Positions 48,166 through 59,383 of a DNA stretch of 64,000 nt are shown here, piece after piece. The DNA is taken from contig CAJINV010000003.1 of assembly GCA_905178155.1 (NCBI GenBank), positions 6,691,612-6,755,611 of the forward strand. The letters run 5' to 3'. Origin of the DNA: Amoebophrya sp. A120 (taxonomy: Eukaryota > Protista > Dinoflagellata). The stretch's first letter is position 1. The number at the start of each line of letters is the position of its first letter. Under the pieces are notes generated by a model. That model searched no databases and had not been told where the DNA came from. It saw nothing but the letters and a program-made list of their open reading frames with translations. A program made the position numbers and the translations under genes.

Positions 48166-49484
48166 CTAGAGGCAAGCTGTGATTCCAGGGTCCTTCTCGA
48201 ACAGGTTCTTGACCAGCAATTCGTACTCGATCTCCCCGGTCTTGTCTTTGTCCGCGACACTGTGCTATCAAATGTAAAAATGTCTGGGTCTGGAAGAATG
48301 CAAGACTTGTCATGCATATTTCTCATGACCCATGATGCCTGTAATGCTTGAACTAGCATCGCAGACTTTTAGAGGGCTTCCTGATGCACCTTCCGCATGA
48401 GAAATGGCCTGTCTGTGTAGCAAAAACTGTACCCATTTTGCTGGTCATGCAATACAATTTTTTTTAGAGTCCAAAAACAGCATGACAAGTTCCAATCTTC
48501 CAGACCCAGACATTTTTACATTTGATATGTGCGCATAGTCCATGAAATCGTCCACGGCGTCGAGGTATCAAATGTAAAAATGTCTGGGTCTGGAAGAGTG
48601 CATGTTTGTCATGCTTGTCTGGCATGACTCTCAAATCTGTCATGCACGTTACCCAAGAGCGCCATTTTTCTGTCATGCAGAAACGCAGTTTGTCATGCAG
48701 AATAGGCAACACCTAGAAGCTCAGAAACTTGTCATGCTGAGCCAGCACTTGTGGCCTCCTCATGATACGCCACCCAGCATCACAAGTTTCCAGACCCAGA
48801 CATTTTTGCATGTGATACGAGGTCGAGAACGTCGCCGATGCATCCGAGAGCGTACCGCATGACCGCTGCCTTCAGAAACCCCGAACCGTCCCGGTCGAAT
48901 TGGCGAAAAGACTCGATCAGGATCTCTGGTTTCGCGGGGTCCTTTGGAGTTTTTAGCATGCAGGTGGTGCCTAAGGTGAAGATGAGAAGATGTTGTTCAC
49001 TAAGTGTTCCAAAACGACCTCATTGCGCTGCGACAGATCATACTACTGCAACACGCGGAACCGATTCTAAAACTTCGGGTGCGGCGCCTCTGGCTTTTTT
49101 TGGACAGAAGGAACCTCCAAGAACCTAAGCTTATCAGAAATCTTTTGAATTTCATATACAACAGAAACAAATCAACAACTCCAAACCTTAACCTATAGGT
49201 CGTACCTTCGCAAAGTCGCTGTCCATAATACGCAGAAATGTGTCGAGGTCAAACGTCTCGGCTTTTTTGAATTCGTTGATGACGATTTCAAGTTCTTTGT
49301 TCGTTGGGTTTTGGTTCACAACGCGAAACATGGCCCCGAAGTCCTGCCAGGAACACTTCCCCTCCTCCATCGTGTTCCCCTCTTCGTCCTCATACGTCGC
49401 ATACATCTCGAAAACGCCCGTGTAGCTCTCCAGCTGCATCTCCGTGAGAGCATACTTCGGCATCTCATCGAGAAGGTCCTCCAT
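48166..49484 (-). CDS. Calmodulin/myosin-light-chain-like EF-hand protein (apparent 1-nt frameshift near 48900)
   Basis: FGAMFRVVNQNPTNKEL, FDRDGSGFL...MRYALGCIGDVL, ADKDKTGEIEYE; GT-AG intron 48942-49205 and two introners. Confidence 0.8.
48266..48527. mobile_element. Introner, family B
   Basis: Perfect TIR TATCAAATGTAAAAATGTCTGGGTCTGGAAGA; DR TGTGC; same length (262 bp) and internal sequence as 8296-8557; joins DYAH-SVADKD. Confidence 0.93.
48566..48817. mobile_element. Introner, family B TIR with a different interior
   Basis: TIR TATCAAATGTAAAAATGTCTGGGTCTGGAA; DR CGAGG; joins VLDL-DAVDDF. Confidence 0.92.
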
Positions 49485-50176
49485 CTTGTCGGACTGCTCG
49501 GCACCAAAGAACCAACTGGTGTTACAAGTCGGTGCAGTTACGCTCGCGAGGTAGTCACGAGGATTCGACTGGGAACAAAAATTCCCTTGATGTTGTTGTT
49601 TATTAGTTGAGAAAAATTACTTAAAATAGTATTAGTATAATGGCACTGCTTCTCATACATCAACATCGACCTTGCAAAACGATCCCCTTCAATCGAAAGC
49701 AGACGCTACGCTCCATGTGGTCTCTCACAACACTCCACGAACATCTGTGTAGAATCGAAAGAATCAATCCAATCATCGACAACTCCCTCTTCATTTCGAC
49801 GAGCGGCTCCTGCGAACGAAACAAAAGTAATGAGACAAGGGAACAGAAACGAAAGGCTGCCTTGGTGGAAGAAATCATCCGTGTATTAATGTTAGTCTTA
49901 GTTGCGACGAGCAGTGGCAGTCGCTGCTCCAGGGAGAAGTCGTGACGGACCGCGTATTAGCTGATTATCCATGCGTTCGCTAGATTTCATAGGATTCATC
50001 CAAACACTTAGTATAATTGGGCTCTTCGGTCTTTTGCTTTTCGTTGTCGCTCGTTCGAACGTCTTCATTAAATTTTTTCATGTACATGTCAATATACCGC
50101 TCGATCCTCCGCGACCAATAAATGGGTCCTTCAAGGGCTGCTTACAGGAATGCAATACTTAAATTGCATAGGTGGA

Positions 50177-51429
50177 TCACAATTCCTGGTCTGGTAGCTC
50201 GCCAGCCATATGCCGAGCCTCGTAGCGATCTTGCGCCAGCTGTTCTCGGGCAGCCATAGCCTCCATGTCGCCTTCGCTCATCTTGGCAAAGTCATCCCGG
50301 CTATACATCTGCATCCCCATGCCTGTTTGGTTTTGGTGGACAAACAACAACTGGACGCTTTTCTTTTCTTTTTAGTTGTGGGATACAAGAAAAAAGCATG
50401 CAAATCTGTGCCGCAGGGGCTGTCTGAGGCCAGTCTGAGCCCCAAAGATAAAGAGGCTGTCTGAGGCCAGTAGGTACCAAGAAGAGAAAAAATTCCTTCA
50501 GCCACTGCAACTATCGATAAAAACCTGTTTTTGCTTTCATGTCCTTCATCATATCTTGCATTTCTGCCACCTTCGGATCGACCTCCACGAACTCTTCGTC
50601 ATCTTCGCGAAAAGCCTTCCTTTTGTTTTTGTTGGCATCGCACTTCTTCTTGCACACTTTTTTCTTCGCTTTTTTGAGAAGCACCGCAGTACTGACGTCC
50701 TCAGCAACGTCCTCCTCCTTGCGCAGGGCGTGCAGCAACGTATCGGAGTCATCCAATGCGGAGAGTCGGCACGCACGGGCTGCCAAGGAGCACTCCTGCC
50801 GGCACTCCCCTGGTTTCTGCATATTCTGCACCTCGATTTCCCCCGAAGGAGCGTTGATGAGATCCAGTTGCGACAACCACCTGTGAAGCGTGCGTTCGGT
50901 TTTATTATTTTCGCAAAAAAATATAGTAGGACATGAACCGTTGCTCTTGCTGGGAGGAAAGTAGTTGCTCCCGCTCACGGCTGGGCTGTAAAGACTGAAT
51001 CCTCGACGTAGCTGTCATATAAAAATTAGAAAATATTTTCGAGGCGCGGGCGCCCGTCCACCGCGGAGGACGTGGAATGTGGACAGGGGGGGCTCAGCAC
51101 GAAAAATGAGTAATGGACTAAGAACGAAGGGATACTTTCAACGTATTTTCATGTTGAACCTACCTTCCGTGCTTTTCTTTTGGCTCGCACAATTCCTCGA
51201 TTTGTTCTTCTTTTACTTCTTCGTTGAATGCTGTTTCAACAGCTAATTCGCACACTTGGCACAGCACCGCCTGGACGTCCTTTTTGCGAATCTTGGCCGT
51301 GACAAATACCGAGGGCGTCTGGGGCGTGTGAATCGAAGATATCAGTTCCTGTACAGTGCTCCACCAGACCCCAAGGAGCACTCCCGACGCTTTTGCTCTC
51401 CTGCTCCCCTCAAAAAATGTAGGCCTCAT
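50177..51429 (-). CDS. Canopy/saposin-B-like ER protein, 3 exons
   Basis: VLCQVCELAV...IEELC...CRQEC...AC...VCKKKC Cys pattern; last exon MGMQMYSRDD...GELPDQEL* ends in a KDEL-like signal; GT-AG introns. Confidence 0.72.
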
Positions 51430-53638
51430 TTTTCACGTCCCCACAACTTCAACTTCGAGAAATGAGATAGTACACCGCTTTTGAAAAGGCAAGACCTGGG
51501 CACTATTGACGAAAAGATGCACAAACTTCAACTTTTATGTGAGAAACTCAAAAAAGCATTTATATGGTTATGAAAAAACAAAAAGATCATCATGACAGAA
51601 AACTTTCGTTTTTCCTTGCGAAACTGAGTACAAGGTGAAGAAAGAATCAAGACTCGAAAAAATAACGCTTGCATCCATCGATACAGTTACAGGCGACAGG
51701 CTCAAATTATCTTCCAATAACTCACCTGGATCGGCGGCAACAGTTGTAGAAGCAACTCGAAGATGACACATAAATAAAACCATGATCAGTAGGTGCATAT
51801 TACGAACTCAACAAGTTAACGACTCACTTCATTTTTATTTAATCGAAGGAGCAGAAAAACAAAAATAAAGAAACAGAAATAGTCAATCTGGATCGTGTGT
51901 TTTTGATCAGACTGCCTTGTTGTTGTGAGGACTGTGTAGGAAAAGGAGCTACGGCACAACATGATCGTGCGTGCGAGCCTGATTGCTTGTTGACAGTTGG
52001 CATTTGTCGCCGTTCGCATCGGGGGTCGTAGTCTTTTGTGTCGCTCAATGAAAAGGATTAGACCTTCAGTTTGTTCGTTCTGTTTTTCTTTTTGTCGGAG
52101 GAAAAACTAAAGCAGCACTCTCGCCGTTGTTGCGCAGTCATCTGAGGCAATGAATAACATCGCACTAACGTCCGCTGACGAGAGTCTTCGAATATGATGA
52201 AGACCGCCTGAGGGGGGAAACTTTCGGTTACGCACACACCCATGCTTGACGTGGAGGCCGACGAGACCGGACGACAAATGCACGCTATCATTCCACTACC
52301 TTTCATAATTCTCATTGTACATATATTGCTTTCCAGCCAAACCCGCAGAGGAACGAATCCCTTCGTACCTCGAGTGGCTCTTTTGTTTTTATGGAGGGCC
52401 GACGAAAAAAGAATATCTTCCAAATCCTTATTTTTATTTTATTCTCGTGTGTGACCTAGCAAAATAAAACGCAATGAAGCTACGTGCGGTTGCGTTGGGA
52501 ATTCGGCCCATTGTTTAGGTATTATATGAATATGTCACATGTAGTTCATGTCAATCAAATCTGAATACAGAAGTACAAAGTTGCGTTCTCGACTCAACGA
52601 CGAGGGAGATGCAGCGTTGGCCGAGAACCCGTCGCCGGGCTGGTCAGCTGAAAAAATTATAGTGAAACCTGTTAGAGTCGGCTATCGCGATTGTCCTGCT
52701 GAGGAGCAGGGAAAAGAAAAAGTGTGTGCGTTTTCATCCTCAAACGTTTGTAGTATACATATACAGCATGTAGCACTGAGGTCCTTCCTTCTGTACAATT
52801 TTGCACGAATTTAGGAGAAAGATATCAGTTTGAATAATACGCATGCTATCTCAAAGTTTCGCTTCGGAATCCTTCGGACGTGGGGGGACTTTTCTTGGCT
52901 AGCAGTGCGGACCACAGAAGCACGAAATACAAGACGAAGCACAGGTGTATCTATGAGATACGCAATCGGGTAAGCGTGGTAAGCGTCAGTAAATGGTTCG
53001 CGTGACTACAGAATCAGGATACTGATATCATGACTCGTGTTATTTTTCATGTGGCCAAGATACAACTCTTTCTCTTCTACATGACCGCGACCACGCAACG
53101 AAAAAACCCTTGGTGCACAACTCGTGATGCGTTGTTTTGCTCTCGGGAATGATCTTGATCGTTGGGTCATGACAACCGGCGAGGATGGTGACCTGCTTGT
53201 GTGGGATTACTTGCGTTGGGCGGCGGTCTCCAAACCCGTGACCACTCTTCCAAAAAGTCATCAAGACGGCTGAAATGTCGCTCCCGGGTGCGATACAGAA
53301 GACCCGCCAACTGCGATCGTCCGGCCTCGCGTATGGCTCGTGCTTCTGCCGCCGAAACAGCATTCACTCCATCCGGAGGATCGTCTGCTCGACGGTCCGT
53401 CAGACTACCCAAAGTAGCACACAATATCATGCCAAAACCACAGTCAAGTCAAATCTCGCAAAAATAGTACCGTATGTAGAAGCATATATCATCTGCTCCG
53501 AGAGAGCAAATTGTATGAATCAATCATACATAAGATAACCTTTGTTCCTGCTGTTCATGTGGCAGGCGAACAGCCCCTGCAGCTAAGTACCACAGGTTTT
53601 GGCGGGAACGAAGCGCTTCTTGACGAATTTGACTTGCC

Positions 53639-56600
53639 TCACGATTGGCACGCGGGGATACAGGACCGAAGAGACGGCGACTGCGGCGATCTTCTCTCCG
53701 AAGGGTCGATGTTGACCGAAGACTCTGTTATATGGTTGGAAGTTGTTCCACCCGCCGGCGGTCGCGAGCCGCCGGGCTCATAAAACTCGGCGCAAGGGCT
53801 TTTGGATCTCAGTGCTAGTGGATTTCGAATTCCGAGCCTTCGACTCGTCCCCAATGGCCTCGTCACGGCCTGCCCCTCGGCGTACGGAGTTATTGCACTC
53901 TTCATGCTGTGGCCCGGACAGCCCAGCACAAAGAACACCAGTAAAACAAGGTCAACTTCTTGTTCGTCCTCTACTTCCTGACTTGTTGATGTCTGCTCTT
54001 CTACTCGGTCAACACTTGTAGAACTTTGGAGGATTCTTGTTCTTGCAGGTGGAGCCCCAGCCAACGGTTCCTGGTCCTCGTCTCCCTCTCCAGCGGTCCT
54101 GCTTCTCGCTACGGCGGCAGGCACTTGTTCTGCTTCTGCACCAGAGCGCTGCTTCCCAAGGGGAGCGTTGCAGTTTTGACTCGCGAAGGTCGCCGCATCT
54201 CCAGGCGTAGTTGCCCGCACGCCCGGCAGATTGGAAAGGGCTTCGACGCCCTATAGCACAAAAGAAACCTGTTCAACTGTCAAGATTCCGAGGTTGGCAT
54301 ATACATATCATTATACCAAACAAAAACGAATGCGTTTGAGTTTGGCGCAAATAAACCAAAGAAATCTGCGACGCGCGTCGGCTCTCGTCCGGAAAAGAAA
54401 CGAGGAAAGTAGTATACCAGAGAAGTTTTGGCCAGCAAGACGAGAACTAGGTTTTATATGCTGAATGCCCACTCGTCTTACTTTATCATATTGAATTTCG
54501 TCTTGAAAGCAGAATAGGTCTTTATTCATGATTGGATACAACCTCAATCACGTGCAGTGCCGTTCTCTGAGCCGCCTTCGCAGACTCGCATGCCGGAAAG
54601 CCTTGCCACACGGAACCGTCTCTGTAGAATTTTTCGAGCAGTTCCTTAACCGTTCCGTCATTGTAGGTGCTCGAACCAGGAGACGAGGAGCGGCCGAAGA
54701 GATCCACTATGCTTGGCAGCAGGGCTGGTTCCACTAGCCGAAATGATCCGTTAGAAGTACCTTCTTCGTGCTGCTCTCGTCCGCGGCTCGTTCTTGACTC
54801 AGTGCCCGTAGTTCTACTTCTTCTCGACGTAGTCCTGGCTGTGTGTGGGTGGTCCTCATGGAGATTATCTTGCACCTCAGCCAAGCACTGCACTCTCGCA
54901 CTCGATAGAGCCCGCCGCAGCACGGCGTGTTCGGTAATCTTCTTGTATATGTGTTTCACCAGTGTGTGCACCCGAGAAGGCTGTTTAAGTATCACCCCTC
55001 GGAAGAAACAAGAAAACTCGCGTTCGTTTTGCCCGGAACCACCAATCAGCAATGGCGAATCTATTTCTCGCCCTCTTTCCGCAGCCGCTGCCAGCGTGTG
55101 CCGCCGCAAGGCTGGTAGGGACAGGTCCGGGGACCGCAGGATCAGGGTCCACAGCATCGCACTCCAAACTGAATGCTGCGGATTCATTGCGGGAATCAAC
55201 TCTGCGTCAACGAACCACGCCGGGGCATGGTTGCCCTCGAGGAGGGTGGAATTGTCTTCAGTCGTGTCCAGGAGATTGGCTGCCACTGGTATGGCAGTCC
55301 TACTTCCAGGCGGACCGGGAGAAATAAGTGGAGGCGCTCCATGGGTGAGGAGCCCTGGGCTTTGTACTAGAAACGCGCTCCTTGTTTGCAGCTCCCGGCT
55401 CTCAGCACTTCGACGTTCTGCTTGTTCTCCTGTAGTACCTGTAACTGCAAGTGAAACCGAGCCAGTGCCAGCACCTGCCAAAGCCAATCTACCACTTTCA
55501 TCAACCGCCCCGGTAATCGTCGGTGCGTCAGGAAGCGCAAAAGATACTCGCCGAGCAGTCGGCTCAGGACTTGTTCTGGCATTACTAGTGGAGAGCACGA
55601 CCACACCTCCGTCTCCCGGTCCCGGTCGCGAAGTATTTTCGGCTACTGGGGCAGCTGGCGTAGTTGTAGCGTTATGGGCTTCGTGTTCGTCTGGTTGCGT
55701 TAGCCTGTAGTTTTGCGTGGTTAGGCCAAATGCAGTTGCAGTTGCTAATGTACTAGTCCTCGCAGCTGGATCTTCATCGTCGGGATCATCAGGACCGGCG
55801 TACACCTGAGGCAGGGCCTCGCGGCTTGCAGTCGTTGTGGTCGTAGCGCCGGCAACCGATGGCAACCAACTCGCGATTGCGCCGTCCGTCGCAGCACTTG
55901 GTGGCCCCTCCTGCGTCGGCGGTTGCACAGGTCCGGATGCTGGGGGAGGAGCGTGAAGTAGTGGCGGCTGGACCGGCACCATGCCCGAGTGCGGGGACGG
56001 CGCTGTGGACAAGCCTGGCAAGTGTGGAGATTGTGCGGGTTCCGACGACAAGCTTGTCAAATTATGGCCGCTGCTGGAGCTCGAACCACCGAGCGGCCCA
56101 CCCAGATGAACATGAGGCAGAGTGCTGCTGACAGCAGCAGCGGACGCGGACAATCCTGTGGCACCCTGAGACGTGGAATTAGCAGGATTTGGAGGTGGTG
56201 GAGTAGCTGCGGAACGTGGTTGTGGTCCGGCGGCTGGTGCAGCTGTGGGCTGTGAAGAGAGCCGCCTTGGCACGACAACACCGGTTGTCATCGATAAACA
56301 AGGTGTCGCGGTTACTAGTTTGTGGTACGATGCGAAGAAATCGATTAGAGACATCGACGGCCGCTGCTTGGTCGCTTGGTAAAACTGGCGTCGCAAAGCT
56401 CCTCTCTGCTGGTCAGCGGCTCTGTCAAGAACAGTAACATGCTTCTGCACCCTTGGCACGGAGGACTCATCGCGAGGACGAGAGGCATCATCAGGAGCAG
56501 AGGCGGCGGAAGCCACGATGGTTGGACGAACCAAGGTTCCTGGACAGCCCATGTAGTAGAAGAAAAGTTTGACGAGCCTCTGCGGGTCCAGGCTATGGAT

Positions 56601-59120
56601 GAACCTTACCGTGTCACGCATGTGCAAATAATTCGCTGCAAGAACAAGCTCTAGGGATGACAGATCTGTGTCTTCTTGATCAGGCTGCGAGGATGCTGAG
56701 GCGGAAGTAGAACTAATGATGCGAGGCTGACTGGACGTGGACACAGTAGAGGTCAATGTAGTTCGCAGTAAATGTTTCACAAAGCGCGCTCGGGAAGCGC
56801 GAGTGTAGTCAAGGGAAGATGACATTAGAAGAACCCCTGGAGGTGGTCTACTACTGCGATCAACAGAGGACCAAAACTCTGCTTCCTTCGGCAGAAACGC
56901 GGGCTCGAGAAGAGTCACTTGATTCCTGATCTTGTCCGCCGTCGAGGAGTTGGATGTAGAAGTACGACCGCCGCCGGCGCTGGTGTTGCTCCTTGGTGCC
57001 TGCAACTCTTCTAGGCAACGGCTTCGGCTAACAAAAAACTGCTCCTCGTCGGTGTCGGGTGTAGTCGAGGAGGTACGAGATGATGGTCCCGGCTCTGCGA
57101 TGTTGGAGGACGGCGCGGGCGCAGGATCATGTCCTTGCGGGGACGTGACGATAATCCCTTCGTAGATCTTGAGAGCGAGCCTGCGAACCTGCTCGGGAAA
57201 GGGAAAAACTTTTTTGCGCAGCCACGTCTCGGTGAGGACATAGGCCCGGTCGTTGCTTTGGGACGAGTCTGTGACAGGTCCTCCTGGGCTTACGACGTCA
57301 GGCACATGTTCTGAAGTATCTCCAGCAGAAGACTGTCGAGAGAGCGATAAAACATCTTGTTCCTGCTGTGTGCTGCTGTAGCTGTATGTTGTGGAGCTTC
57401 TGCCACTGCCGTCCGCAGCGCCGTGAATGCTCGCAGTATTTCTGTTGAGGTTGACCTCTTCTCGCTTTTTGTTGCTCGAAAATCCGATTTCGATTTGATG
57501 CTTCCCTTGACCGAAGTAAGCACCTAGTTGCTTTTCCGCGGCTTCCGGGGCTTCCTGGAACAGAACTTCGAACATCCATCGCCATTGCGACTCCTGAGGA
57601 TTCACAGCCTCAATTACTCGTACGTTTCTGTTTAAGAAGACAGCCCCAGCTGCTGCTGCCGCCCCGCCGCCTTGTGATCCTCCGCTTCGCCGTATCGGCA
57701 CGGTCGGGGGTGTTTCACCCGGAGGCACAATTTCGACGTCCGCGGCAAGCCAAGGCTTGAGGACTGCGACTGTAATGGAAACCCCAAGTGACAGGACCGC
57801 TAGGCAACCGCTGACGACGAGAAACCACGTCGAACGCCACCATGGAACTGGATCCGGTTTTTTAAGTGTATTTGCAATAGCATCCACATCTTTAGCCGCT
57901 GCGTCGTCGACGAAGTTACAGCACTTCTCTGCCACCGAAGCTGGCACCTCTTTTTTATTCTCTAGGAGCGCCTTCTTTTCCTCTTCCTCTGGCTGAAAAT
58001 CCACGCTACGTGCTGTACATGGTGGATGACGATCCATGTGGTCTTCAAATCGGCTTTCGTTTTTATCCTGAAAACGGTACCAATAGGAGCGTGCGTCTGT
58101 GCTGGGAAGTTGGACCGGAAAGAGCGCTTCGGACCACCTGATCGGCGAGAGTTTTCTTTTCGGCTTGCGCTTGATGGTAGAAGTAGCATCCACTTGTTCT
58201 TCTTCTTGCCTACGTTGTAGATTCTGCTGATGTTTTTGCATCAATTCGAATTTCGGATCAGCAACGGAGCTACCGTTACGATCTTCAGCTTCAGCATCCT
58301 CGTCCTGTCCTCCGGTAGCACTACTGCGGTCTACTCCGTGGGACAGTGAACGAGGCCGCGCGAAGTCGGGTAGTGCCGCACAGGCGATGATCGTATCAAA
58401 AACACTGTGAACGAGTCGTTCGTAATCACCATGGTTCGCCTGGAGTGTGTGTGATTGTGACGGAGGAACCTCCACGTCCACCTGTTGCGCCGGCGGCTGC
58501 GCACGGTCGTCTCTTTTTCTCGGCTGCGCCTGCATGATGCGACAAGACATAGTTTTCCACACCGCCAATTGCGTTGTAGGTCCCTTGCATTTTCTTGCTC
58601 CAGAACGTCTATGTCTACTTTGGTTATTACCCGCCAAGACTGCAATCTGCGTTTCGGGCCGTCGTAGCGCTAGCGGTCTCCACCAAACAAAATAGCCCTT
58701 ATCATTATAATATACACGCTCCATATTTCCAACCTCGTGATTGTCTCGCGCAAAGAGATGACTTTTGGGAAGTGTTGGTTGCAGGTGTGGATTTTCGTCG
58801 GTACCCCAGCGCGCCCTCGTCGGCGGTACCTCAGGAGGGCAAGAATTTTTGGGATGTGAATGTGAAGTTGTGCAGATCCTCCTTAAAAAGTTGCTAGCAC
58901 CTCCCCAGAAGATGCATCTTTTGCTGGTCTTCTGCTGCTTGTTTTGTATGTTATACTTTTTGTAGGCCAGCAATGGCTCCTTGGGTGCTGGGATCTTGTT
59001 TCGCACACGGATCCGCCTCTGCGGGGGCCGCCAAAGCAAGAAACCGTCGCCGGGAGAAGTCCGTGGGCCTTTGCGCAAGACATCGATCGATTGCTGCTCA
59101 GAAGAGGAACTACAGCACAA
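53639..59120 (-). CDS. Large hypothetical membrane protein (>1,500 aa) with one TM helix and an internally duplicated domain
   Basis: 1,532-aa ORF; GT-AG join VIE|GVEALSNL into ORF 53639-54220; TM segment WFLVVSGCLAVLSLGVSITVAVL; true start and end uncertain. Confidence 0.7.
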
Positions 59121-59383
59121 CAGCAGGCGGTGGCGCGCACACTCGACACAGTGTAGCTATGGCCTTCTCACACGCTACTACTTACATGGAAATCTCGTAC
59201 ACAGTTCAGTAAGTAAGTACATATGTGGTTGATGTGTGAGGCAGGCCTAGCAAAAGCACATTACACGTCTGTCACGAATCAGAATCTCCATACGACGCAG
59301 CGCATCGCACACTCGTCATCATGCGACCCAGCTTGATCAACATGCCAATTCCAATTGTGACAATAAATCAACAAAAAATAAAA

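Noticed and set aside
53560-53910. Third TGA-GCC readthrough in an alternative frame
   Set aside because: The other frame matches the protein's internal repeat (LGCPG, EFYE), so this TGA is out of frame.
59150-59383. SECIS element in the kinase 3' UTR
   Set aside because: No ATGA..AA..GA stem with correct spacing was visible by eye.
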